Shown piece after piece: positions 51,824-64,000 of a stretch of 64,000 nt of DNA. A program made the position numbers and the translations under genes. The notes under the pieces are model-generated. The model saw only the letters and a program-made list of their open reading frames with translations, searched no databases and was not told the origin of the DNA. Within the stretch, counting starts at the first letter, position 1, and the number at the start of each line of letters is the position of its first letter. The DNA lies in the NCBI GenBank assembly GCA_002269645.1, contig NIVC01001245.1:1-64000 (forward strand). Direction: 5' to 3'. The DNA is from Macrostomum lignano. Taxonomy: Eukaryota.

Positions 51824-54230
51824 TCAGTGAGCATTTTGCCCAATGACAGTTGATGAGTTCAGTTCATCACAGAGTCGTTGACGCACGTACTTAAATGTCT
51901 CAACGACGTTACCAAGTCGTCTTTTGACTTCAAGCAGCTGCTGCTTCAGTGCATCCATTTCTGTTTCCAAGTCATCCGAACAATGATGAAGTTCATCTCC
52001 CACTTCCTGCGATTGTTGAAGGCGTTCAGCCGACAGCAGCAAGAGTTGGACTGCCTGTTCTAGACTATTCTGCACCTGAAACAGTTTTGTTTTCACCTCC
52101 TGTTTTCTAGAATGCGTCGCCAAATGCTCAGCCGATAATTCACTATCATGTCTCATGACATCATTGTTTTCGAATTTTCCCCTTGTACTTTCCGGCCTAA
52201 AAGTCTGAGCAGAGGGTCCACAATCAGTTGTATGGAAAAGCAACGCAGCTGCTCGTCGCATCCTATCTTGGGTCGAATGCAACTGACGTTTATTGCGTTC
52301 CAGTTGCACCTTCAATGCAACAAGTTCCTTCTCGCATTTCTGTCTAAGATTCTGATGTTCGCAAACTTTCCCGTATAGCTCATTCTGAATTCTCTTCGCT
52401 TCCTTCAGCCTGTTGTCCGACTCTTCAGCATGGCGGTTGAGTCTTTCATGCAGAGTGGCGATTGTATGATTCAGTTGTCGCTCCAGAGTAGTCTTTTGAT
52501 CAAGGTTCTGTGTAGCTTTATTCAGCTCATCCTGCAGCTCGTGGTTTTTCTCGGCCATATTTTCAATCTTGGCTTGAAGTTGCTGAATCTTTTCTTCACT
52601 ATCGCGGCATAGCCTGCTATGTATCAAATTTAACTTTTGCTTTTCTAAGCAAACCTGCGTCAAATCTTTTTGAAGATTTCGACACCTAATTTCCAGCTCC
52701 GTCAAAACTGAGTCCTTATCTTTAAGCTGGCTTTCTAGCAACAGTATAGACTCTTTACTTTGGTTTAGGAATCTAGTTTGAGCTTCATAGTTCTTCCATA
52801 GCCCAGTGAACCTGTTTTCTAATTCACCAGCAACCGACCGGGCCTCCGTTAATTCTGCTTGAATTCTGCTCTCCGAATTTTTTTGCTCAACAAGGGCCAA
52901 CGTCTTTTCCTTAACTTCGGTCTCCAGCGATTGCTTTAGCTTATTTGCATTAACAAGAGCCTCATCTTGCTTTTCAAATTCTGTCAATAAACTGTTGAAT
53001 TTTTTCCTCAACTCTTCAAAATTCTGCTCAGAAACTTTATTCACGTCACTGAGAGTCTGCAACTGAGATTGAAGCATTTGATTTTCCTTTCTCAGCTTCT
53101 GTGCGGTCTGCTGTAAACTCTGTTTGGCAGTTTCCAGTTTTTCCATAGCTTGAGTCATACGATCTATCTTTGACTCCAACGACGTCTTGGCCTGACGACA
53201 TTGATGAAGAGCCTCCTCTCGCTCCTTAAGCCGTGCAACTAAGTCCGTATTCCTCTTGTTTAGGGCTTGACTATTTTTGAGCAGAGTATTGTTTTCTCTT
53301 TCTCTTTGACTGCTGAGGCCTTCGAAGTCTCGTCTCAGCTGCTGCTCAGAGGCTGCCTTGGCTTCCAGTTGAGTCTTGCTGTGGTTCAGAGCCTCTTGTA
53401 GTGCATCGCACAACTGATGCGAATCTGCCAGTTTGGCATTTGATTGCTCGGCCATGGCTTGAGCTTCCTCAGCATTTTTTCTGCTCTCATCACATTGGGC
53501 CGACAAGTCAGCTATATGAGACTTCAGTAGCTGATTTTCCTGAGTCAACTGTTTCAACTGTTTTTCAAAGTTTTGCTTTGAAGCCTGCAATGTGGTCACT
53601 TGCCAAGTTTCGCGCTTCAACTGGGATTCCAGTGAGCCGTTGATGTGTTTTATTCTTTCAAGTTCCTTCAATTTATTTTCCATTTTATTAATGCACTGCT
53701 CCATTTCTAAGCATTGAGCCTTCAATCCGTCTCGCTCTTGTCGAATTCGTGACAGGCATTCGTGCTCTGTTGATTCAACTGTCTCGGTGGCCACTTCTTT
53801 CATTGATGGAATTGAAATGTCGATTGGTTCCTCCGCAGATGGCCTGAAAATCAGCCATCGTTGGTGAAAAACAATAGTTTCAAAAGTAGAATTAATTGCA
53901 CTTTTATTCAAATGTGAAAAGAGACTTAGATAAGGTAGACTAATGCAAAAAACTTACTCAGAATCCCAAGGCCCTGGTGAGGAAGACGTTCTGCTGAGCC
54001 TAAGGTAGTAAAAAAGCACATATTAACAGAATTAACTACACAAAAAAATTCATAAACAATACGCTGACACAACATTTACTAGATAATTCAACCAGTAAAA
54101 CTCACAAGGTGGTGCTGATGCCAGGTTCTTCCGGTACTATATCGCCATCAAAAAGCTTTACAAGCTGAATGGTTAATGAGTCAATCCTGTCTAATAATTC
54201 TGATCCATGATTTGCACAGCTGGAGCTCAT
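51824..54230 (-). CDS. Uncharacterised coiled-coil protein, cluster member D, 3 coding exons, ~728 aa
   Basis: Exons 54106-54230, 53958-53999, 51824-53843 (phase 2/2); contains RLNRHAEESDNRL..KRIQNELYGKVCE motif shared with A and B. Confidence 0.82.
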
Positions 54231-54732
54231 GCTACTCAAAGTGCCGCTTTGAAAGTTTGAAGAACCGACTGCCAAATTCTTAATACAGTATTCTCTCGCG
54301 TGGTTTAGCGGTTTGGGGTAGTTCGTGTATCCGCGTATCGTATGAATTTTCGCTGGTCTGGGACTAAATTAATGTGTGAATTGTACATATATACTGTGTT
54401 TTTTAATGTACGAGAATCTCTACCTTAAAACTGCACTGCGGTGACTCATAAGTACAGAGCCAGTACAATCACACGCAATTCCACACACTGAGCGAGCCGT
54501 ACCAGAAAAGAATAAATTTAGTTTCTTATCAATTCAGTTTCTTAGTAAATTTCATATTGTTGTTAAAAGTTAAAAGTTGCTTAAAAATTATGTTGTGTCC
54601 TAAACAAAATATGAAAGATAGTTCGTAACTTTTTTTGCTCCAAACAGACAGTCAATAAATTTATTTCAAAAACGAAAAAATTAAATGCAAAATGCGTGCG
54701 ACCTCCAATCTTAGAAAAGTGAAGGAAAACAC

Positions 54733-55165
<433 letters not shown>

Positions 55166-56715
55166 GCGTCGCTTGGCTTTTAATGTCTCGGCCACAGTCC
55201 GTATATTTAATTTTTATGACGCAAGTACGAGCATTTATAGAATAAGCACAGCAAAATTACTTGAATGACTTAAGCGACACAGTATTTTAAATAAATTTGG
55301 TTGCATTCCTGGAAACAAGTATATCCTTTAGACTTTTCTATAAAAATGAAACCCAGGGCTTAGATGCGTCGATGGCTTTATAGCCATCTTAATCTTTCTT
55401 TGACGATTCGAGCTGACACTCGAGCTTGATGATGGCGCGTCACAGCTGCCCGTTTACCTTTACCTTCTGAAAAAAACCTTACCGCTTCGCCTCAGAGCCT
55501 ATTCTTAAACCTGGCATGCTGTCCTCAACTATCGCACTTTTTACGATTTCTTTGCTTGACCTAACACCAGTTTATAGCAGCTTTCTTCTGAGTTTGAACA
55601 CTCTTGCAGCGATTGTTTTTTTACCTGCTTGATTTCAGTGAAAGCCTCATTTTTAGCGCTAAGTTTCAATGTCAAGATCGCATAATTTCCTTCGAGTCTT
55701 GCACTTTCAGCCAGAGTTCATGCTTACCCTCAAGATGCTGCATGTGATGTGTTCCTTATTACCCGACTTTCGATAATCAAGGAACAATCACTTCTAGCTC
55801 AGTAGCTAGGCCACCCAGTAAGTCAACAGAAGGTATTCAATTACCTTGAGTCCTTATGAGATAACTCTTCAATGTTGATCTCGGGTAGATCTCGTCTGTA
55901 GTCTCTTCTGACTGTCGCTCGTAGGTCGGGTCCGAGTCTTCTTTCTTTCTTCAAATAGTTCCGGCCGGATTCTGTTGCTCGGACCAATGGGAAGCTTCCA
56001 AATTAACAATGGGATCCCTGCGCCAAACTGCGGTTTGAATTAAGCCTCCTTCTTCTAGCAAGTCTCGATTGACTTGGTGATCAGGAAGTCCTCCTAAGGC
56101 TTCCTCTTCGGAGCTTCTCCTCTCGTCGGGAGTTGGCTCCTGGTCCGCTTCGGACCGCTTGTATTTATAGGCGACTTTTTTTATCCAAAATAGCAACATT
56201 ACAATTCACGTGTTGCGCTAAAAGGGGAAAATGGCTCATGGCGTATTTTTCTGGTAACATCTTTTCCTGGTAGCTTGATTCATTCAAAGCTTTAGGCGCA
56301 CATGCGTGTACTACTTACTTATAGTAGCATTATACGATTATCTTCTTTTTACCTTTTTAACGGGAGGTAGAACACTCTACACATGGTCTCTTGAACTTCT
56401 CGGCATTAGCGAGGGACTTTTTATCCCACTTGCTGTATTGGCATCAGTGTTGCTAGGAGTATCGAAAAATTCTGTTCACTGCATTCGGTCAATGTTCCAA
56501 CAAGCCTGCAGGTTGGAAGCTTTGTGTCACAGAGGGCACAGGGAAAAAATCTGCAAAATGAACGCAGAAATACAAAATTTTTGTAGGTGCAGCCAACGAA
56601 ATCATTTTCTGACGCTAAAATCGATGACTGAGAAGCCGGTCGGACGCTTTCCTGCCAAGCCGCATGTGAGTCTTAAAACGTTTGATTGAACAACAACAAT
56701 GGGTGGTTGGGCCTT

Positions 56716-57027
56716 GGCGACGCCCCTGAGTTTGACCATAAAGGCCCAACCACCCATTGTTGTTGGCAGCAGGGACATGTGTCCCCCCCCCCAGTGAAGG
56801 CTATGGGGAAGGTGATAATGCTCTTCTCTGTGTAAAGCAATAATTTTGTTTCAGGGCGCTAAAATATTGAACCTACGGTGCTAAAATGAGTGCCTGCGAT
56901 GCCAAAATGAGCGCTGACAACACCGGTTCTCAAAAAAATGTACATAGTAGAAATTTAGTCATGTACATGTATGTGTACAATTCATTGCTTTGTCCCCCCC
57001 CCCATAAAATCCATGGCGACGCCCCTG
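56716..57027. mobile_element. hAT-like MITE whose left end is inverted
   Basis: Right end GGCGACGCCCCTG + GTCAAACT (57015-57035); left TIR plus the same 8-mer appear reverse-complemented at 56716-56736. Confidence 0.75.
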
Positions 57028-58084
57028 GTCAAACTTTCTAAAGAGGGGACGGATGTACATGTACGCCAGAACACCAACCGAGTGGAAAGCCTGGCAGGAC
57101 GCCAGAAGAAAGTTAGGCTAGCTTCATGCTCCCACTTAGCTCCAGGAGTTCACACTGTCTACTTAGATCAGACTGGTTTGAACTTGTGGACCCGGAGGTC
57201 GCATGGCCGGGTCGGCTCGTGCAGACCACCCATTAAAGTGCATCGTGACAAACTGGAGTTACGGAGTTTTTATTTATTCATTCTGTTATTCAAAGGGGTG
57301 GAAAACGCAGCAAATGTTTTAGGGCTTTTAAGACCTCCTAGCAGACCGCTGGCACCATCTGCGACTCGAGTGAAAGGCGGCTGAAGCTGTTAACTCAGCA
57401 GTCATTGCTTGACACGCGCGCTAAAATGTCTATGGCTAAAACAATTTGCATTGTCACTGTAAAATTAAGTTAGACATTTAAGTTAGACAGCTAGTGAAGC
57501 GACTGAGATCGAGTAAGCTTTCAATAAATCACCTTGAGCGTAGAAAAGACCCATCAAGCTGGCCACAATATTAGGTTGCTATACAAGATATATGGGAACC
57601 ACAGAACTTACAGTTCTGTAGTGGGAACCTTCCCCCGACCATATTTTAAACCCCCTTAAGAATTTCGCACTATAGCTAGTCCTGATATTGAGTTTCTGTG
57701 TTCTAGCAACCAATTTGTTTCGGGCAAATGGCTATTTGAAGCCTTGGCTAGAAATAAGAATCTAAGAAATCTAAAAATCTAAGAAAATATTAGAATAAGA
57801 GATTGCGAAGATAATTTCCAACAAATTTGTTTACAGATAAAAAATATTCTGTAGACTTTTATGTTTTCCCTTTTGCTTCAGATTCTGGTTCCGAAGAAAA
57901 ATACTCATGAAAAGCATCATAAAGAACCGCAGTTACACGGTGCATCTTCGACTTCTCAATCGAAACAGTCATTAAAGAAACAGGAATGCAACAGCCAGAT
58001 AAAATGGAACAGGATTAAAGTATGTTGATTTTAAGCCAGATATCAACAAATTTGATTCAAAAAACAAGTTTTCTTAGTTGCACC

Positions 58085-59627
58085 TTCACAGCAACAAGTT
58101 ATTGAGTTGAGTACTTCGTTGAGTCTTTCATGCAGAACGGTGATTGTATAATTCAGTTGTCACTCCAGTGGTACTACTTTATACAGCTTAGCCTATAGCT
58201 CATGGCTTTTCTTTGTCACAAGTTCAGCACTGGCTTGAAATAAGTTGCTGAATATTCTTCACTATCCAGATCGATCACTTGACTCGAACTTTCAAATTAC
58301 GATGGAATACAACTTGACCTTCCCTTTTCTTTTGTCAAATCTTTCTCAACATTTTGAGGCCCAGATTCAATATCTGCCGAAACCGAATCCTTATCTTTAA
58401 TCTGGGTTTCTTGCAATATTATCGACTCTTCGCTTTGGTTTAGAGGTCTAGTTTGAGCTTGAAATTTCGTCGACAGCACCGTGAATCTGTTTCCCATTTC
58501 ATCAGCGACCGACTGGGCCTCCTGCAACTGAGATTGGAGCATTTGATTTTCCTGTCTCAGCTTCTGTGTGGTCTGCTGTAAACTCTGCTTGGCAGTTTCC
58601 TGTTTTTCCATAGCTTGAGTCATACGATTCGTCTCTGATTCTATAATGACCTATTGGCCTCACGAGATTGATGCAGAGCCTCCTCTTGCGCCCTGAGCCG
58701 TGCAAATAAGACCATATGACTCTTTTCTTCGATGTCTCGCCTCAGCTGCTGCTCAGAGGCTGCCTTGGCTTCCAGTTGAGTCTTGTTGTGGTTCAGAGCG
58801 TCTTGCTGTGCATCGCACAATTGCTGCAAATCTGCCAGTTTAGCATTTGATTGTTCGGTCATGGCTTGAGCTTCCTCAGCTTTTCTTCTGCTTTCGTTAC
58901 ATTGTGCCGACAAGTCAGCCAGCTGCGACTTCAGTAGCTGATTTTCCTGAGACGACTGTTTCAACTGTTTTTCCAAGCTTTGCTTTGAAGCCTGCAGGTT
59001 GGTCACTTGCCAAGCCTTGTTCTCCAACTGGGATTCCAGTGAGCCGTTGGTGTGCTTCACTTTTTCAAGTTCCCTCAATTCGTCTTGCATTCGATTGATG
59101 CACTGCTCCAGTTCTAAGCATTGAGCCTTCAATCCGTCTCGCTCTTGTCGAATGTGTGACAGGCATTCGTGTTCTGTTGATCCAACTGTCTCGGTGGCCA
59201 CTTCTTTCGTTGGTGGAATTGAAATGTCAATTGGTTCGTTCAACGATCGTCTAAAAATGGGCCAACGTTTGTTTAAAATTAAAAATTTGAAGAGTAAATT
59301 TAATTGCATTAATTAAGTTGCAAAAAGGGGTAGACCAATGCAAAAAATGTACTTAGAGTCCGGTTGCTCAGATGAGGAAGCCCTGTCGCTGGGTCTGAAA
59401 GTTAATTAATGCATTAACAGCATTAGTTACAAAAAAACTCCATTTACGGATGATACGGCTGATGGAACTCTTCGCGTACTGACTAGTACAACGAGTAAAA
59501 CTCACAAGGTGCCGATGCCAGATTTTGCCGGCGCTCTCTCGCCATCAAAAACCTTTACAAGCTGAATGGTCAATGACTCAATCCTGTTTAATAAATCTGA
59601 TTTATGATTCGCACAGCTGGAACTCAT
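58085..59627 (-). pseudogene. Decayed duplicate of coiled-coil member D (member E)
   Basis: Exons 59506-59627, 59353-59394, from 59250 onward align with D; premature TAG at 58641-58643 with frameshift, two internal deletions, fragmented 3' part. Confidence 0.82.
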
Positions 59628-60678
59628 GCTACTCGATGTGACGATTTAAAAGTTTTGAGAACTAAACTGGGAAAAATTGTTGATACAAGTTTTTTACAGC
59701 TTTCTCACGATGAAAGCCAGAAGAGAGAGAGAGAGAGAGATAGACCAGGACAGTATATGTTGAGGTAGTTCGTGCATATGAATTTTCGCTTTGTGGTGTA
59801 CACTCTGCAACCGCCATACATTATGCATTGTACAGTGTGAACTGTAGCTTGCAATGTCTCTCTACCTTAGAGCTCCAGTACCGCACTGGGTTGAGAAGGG
59901 GAGCCGGGTAGAATCACGCGCTCTTCCAGACTTCCCCGTCATGACTTCCTCTTTCTTTTTATTGGCCTCCAGTCTCCTAGTGTCAATGAGCTGTTTCTAA
60001 AAATTGGATCATCACGTGGACCACGCCTGGGAACTAACTGGATGAATTGAAGGGGTCGTGGTGAGCTTGTTGCCTTGTTAAGCTTGTTGTCCAGTTGCTT
60101 CAGCTCCATGGCCAGTGGTCTAGCTAAGAATCTACTTTATTTTAACTTTGAGACCCTTCAGAGGAAGTCATTTTGTTAGCACTGCCGGCGACAGTGCTTT
60201 GATTTAGGACAGTAATTCTACAAGCCCTCAATGAATAACGATTATCAGATGAACCTTGCAAAAGTATAGATGTGCATTGAAAGCAACACAATATTCTTAT
60301 GATAAAACCTTAGCAGTTGGCTCTTTGGTAAGAAGAAAAAATGAATTAACACAGTAAAAAAGTGAAACTTGCTGTTTTCACCTAATCGACAACATAGTAC
60401 CATGTATTTTAAATTGTCACAATTTACACATTCAATAAATAAAATACAGAGATTAGGAACTATTATATACCTATAAATTATAAAATGGCAAGCAATAACC
60501 GAAATTTAACAGCATCAAACGTCGTTATTTTCATGTTAGGTTTTTATATTTATTGGTGATTCAAGAACCAAAATCTCTTCGGAGCTCTTTTCATTTCATT
60601 AATTTGTTCCTTTTTCAAATTTGTTCTACAACGGTGTTTTATTCAATAGCTTGGCAGTGTGAAAAGTCTGTGATAGGA

Positions 60679-61704
60679 TGTAGTCACGTCCTCGACCCCC
60701 CCCCCCACTAATTTTCGCGCAACCCTTTTTCCCCTGTGATTCATGCGCCTTGCTTATCGCCCATCCCACTCCTCTGCGCACCAACCCCACCTCCTTTCTA
60801 TTGTTCGAAATCATTCATGCGTGTGACAGTTTTATGGCCCCCTATCTCCGGAAGCTTTTCCTGCCTGTTATGTAAACCTCCCATCATAAATAATTTTTAC
60901 TCCGGTTCGACCCTCTCCAATTTCAGGGTTGCTTGCATGGTAACGGAGGTTGAGGACAAGTCACGGCCTCAATATGACGCATCACGCTCCCGTGATGCGT
61001 GATCTCAGAGCTATAAATAAGAGCTCGTTTTGAGCTCTTAACATCGGTACCCTGTTATAACCTGTCGGGTTCTGTCCTAACCTGTCCGGTCCTGCCCTAA
61101 CCTGTCCGGTCCTGCCCTAACCTGTCCGGTCCTGCCCTAACCTGTCCGGTTCTGTCCTAACCTGTCCGGTCCTGCCCTAACCTGTCCGGTCCTGCCCTAA
61201 CCTGTCCGGTTCTGTTTTAACCTGTCCGGTCCTGTCCGAACCTGTCCACTGGACTTTTCCTCTTTCTCTCACTCTCGTTTTTCCCCGTTCCCCAACATCC
61301 GACCTCTTTCCCGACTAACCCCACTTTCCCTTCTCGGTCGTACTGATCGTATGTGACTGCAGCCGCCGCCGTGACCACCCGACGACCACCACGCCCAGCA
61401 GTCCTGCCCGGCGGCCGCGTTTGTAAGGCATTTTTCCTCTGTTGCGCTGCCCTTTGGGTACCATAAGTCTAGTCATCTTGCTAATCATCTCATAATTTTT
61501 CAATATTTCCTTATTAATTTTGTTTTAATAATTAACTGCTGTTAGGGCCAAATTAAGGCCCAGTAATTCAGGGCGCCCGGGCATTAGCTAAGCTATTCAA
61601 CTTGTTTCCTTCTGTCTGTTTACATATTTACTATGAGTCAGTAGTAAGTGCGCCCATTGCAGGGTATTAAATATGAAATGGAAGCTCAGGATTAGAGTGG
61701 AACA
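60679..61704 (+). other. LTR-like promoter module 1 (TGT...ACA, TATA box, candidate intron)
   Basis: Starts TGTAGTCACG, TATAAATA near 61014, GTAAG near 61423, ends GGAACA; shares motifs with module 2; no TSD or PBS found. Confidence 0.4.
61056..61245. repeat. Minisatellite, 20-bp unit AACCTGTCCGGTCCTGCCCT (~9 copies)
   Basis: Tandem copies just downstream of the module-1 TATA box. Confidence 0.95.
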
Positions 61705-61725
61705 TCATTGAGTATGAGCCTATGA

Positions 61726-63177
61726 TGTAACCACGTTCTGGTCGCGGGATAGGGCATGGGAACTTTTTCGAAAGTGCCTCCTAATCCCGTGTACCCCCCC
61801 CCTGCACAGAGCTGTCGAGACTCGGCCAGGTCTCCGACCAGGCCTGGAGACTCCCGCTCTGCTGCACCCCCCTGCTGCCTTGGTTCTGTCTCCCCTGCCG
61901 CCACACCTGCCTTTCCGGAGCTCCCTATCCCTCTCTGTACCTCCCCCCCTCTACCTTATCTCCCCTGCGCTCCACCCTAGTCTTCTTGTACTTTCCCTAT
62001 CCCCCCTCTTTTTGTCTCTCTCTGCACTATTTTCCTGCGCTGCCCCCTCTTTCTCTGCGTCTACTTACAGTATTTTGTGTGCTCACCGACCTCCCATCCC
62101 TTCCCAAACTCCCAAACGGTGACGCAAGTCGTGTGACCCCTTCTTCTCCTCGATGACTCATCGATGACTCATCCCCCTCTCTTGCGCAACCTTTTCTCAT
62201 GCTATTGTTCTCCTCCCCAAATTTCTCATGCGACACCCACCCCACCTCCGCTTCTATTGTTCTCGTTTTTGATTCTTTTGTTCTCTTTACCCCCACCAAT
62301 TATCACCTTTTCTCCAATGTTTGCTTTTCTATTGTTCTCGATTCTCCCCAATTATCCCCGATTTCCAATTCCTTTGTTCTCGACCCCGGCCCTATTGTTC
62401 TCAATGTTTGCTTGCGCAACACTTTCGCGACCACCCGCTGCGCCAATTATCCCCCCACCCCGCCTCCGGATTGCGCAATTTCCCTTTTTATCATGTTGCT
62501 ATGCCGGTCTCATGTTTCTCATCATGACTCATTCTGACGTCATTCGGCCGGCAGCCAATCAGAGAGAGGGAGTCATGGAAACGACCTTGGAGCGGCGGCT
62601 GGGAAGGCTATAAAAGGAGGCGGTTTTCGGCATGAGAATGCTCAACTTTTGCCCACCTTCGGGCTCCTAGTCTTTCTTTAGACTTGCCGTCAGACTGAGT
62701 TCTGACCCATTCGTCTATAAGACGAATCCCTGCCGGTCCGCGGTCTGATACCGCCAAGTTATCTTCAGCTCCCCAAGTGAGCTCGCCTATTGGCCAGCGG
62801 TCTGACACCGCCCAGCATCATCAGCTTCGCCTGATCTACACCAGCACCTTGTCGCTTCAGCGCATCCCCGCTTCACTGTCCGCCTGACTGCAGCCTACAG
62901 CCGCCCTCGGTCACTCCGTCTCTCTCTCTCTCTCTGTGCAGCTGCCGGTAAGTTCCTGTTACTGATTTGTGCTCTAATTGCCTTTGCTTATCCGGAGTTT
63001 GCCTATTTTTCCATTGTCTGATTAGAGGGCTGAGCCAGTTGTGATACCGTACCTTTTGCTGTATTTTTACTCAATAGTGAAGCCGCCTAATTGCCTGATT
63101 ATTTGCCTAAGGGCCTAATTATTAACTATTAACTAACCTCATCATTATTCACTCTTTCACCATCATCTTTCACCACC
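61726..63177 (+). other. LTR-like promoter module 2 (TGT...CA, TATA box, candidate intron)
   Basis: Starts TGTAACCACG, TATAAAAG near 62609, GTAAGT near 62948; right boundary uncertain; no TSD or PBS found. Confidence 0.4.
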
Positions 63178-64000
63178 AAAGGCTTGCTAAGCCTTTCTCC
63201 CGGGGTGGCAAAGCATAGGGAAGTTTGGGTAAGCTAATGGCCTCTCCCCGTGCAAAGCTCGCCTGTGAGTGCGTGCTGCGGGGCCGTGTGTACGTGCAGT
63301 AGAGGGATTTGCGAGTCTTGGCACAGAATGGCAGTAGGAAGGTTGCAACCCCATGCTGACGCGTCCCTTCGCCCTGAGCAATCTAAACTAGAGACAGTAC
63401 ATGTTCGCCTCATACTACTCTTAGTAATCAAAGTCGCAAGTCAGCCTCGCTCACAGCCACAAAGGATCCCCTGCTGAGAAATCCTCCAGATTGAGCCCAG
63501 AGTTCCCGATCATGCCCCAAGCAGAGTCCCTGGACCATGTGGGTCCTTGGCCCTCTGGTCACGAAGCGCTACCAAAGCTACTAATCATGTGGGCGGGACA
63601 GTCTAGTGCTGGAGGTCCGTCAGGTCATTGCCCGGTCATAGGCAGCCTACGGTCATTGCCCCCTCTAGCCAAGCGTTCGTCTCTCAATAGGAGCGGACCG
63701 GCGACAAGAGCGGTTACATCACCTAATTTAACAACAATAGCAGTAACAATAATCTAAATAAGTTCCCGTAGGATGCGCACCAGAGAGCGCTCTGAGACCT
63801 GCACTTAACCATCCCATGCCGCATCGAACAGATCGAGGAGGAAAGACATTAAAATGGCGGTTTTTATCATCCACCCTTTTGATCCTGGGCGCTAAGGAGG
63901 GAATCGTAGTCTCGAATCGCTCACCAACTAAAAGACCTTCCCTCCTATGCAAAAGTTCTCGTTTCCAGCATTGACTAGACTGTCTTTGTATGCCTCGCAT

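Noticed and set aside
63728-64000. Minus-strand 90-aa ORF as gag/pol fragment
   Set aside because: No recognisable retroviral motif in any frame; left unannotated.

Overview
Eukaryotic (metazoan, ciliated) genomic DNA with GT-AG introns. The style (GC-rich exons, introns filled with minisatellites, AT-rich spacers) suggests a free-living flatworm such as Macrostomum, but that assignment is inference only. Left part: three co-directional minus-strand housekeeping genes, FBXL15, SAP18 and POLR1A. POLR1A has 9 exons visible, runs off the left edge, and carries five reading-frame lesions. Middle: a near-full-length Loa/I-group LINE with a 13-bp TSD, a 4.2-kb TIR-bounded non-autonomous DNA transposon (9-bp TSD) carrying retroelement fragments and a 197-bp satellite, then CCDC65/DRC2 (+) and a dead RTE-type LINE. 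Right part (38.9-59.6 kb): a tandem cluster of five related minus-strand coiled-coil genes that I do not recognise (four intact, one pseudogene). They share a 3-exon phase-2/phase-2 structure and differ in copy number of a ~56-aa rod repeat; this is the best candidate for an undescribed system. CORE-like tRNA SINEs, several MITEs and TATA/intron-bearing LTR-like modules are scattered through the window. All gene models were spliced and translated by eye; no database searches were run.
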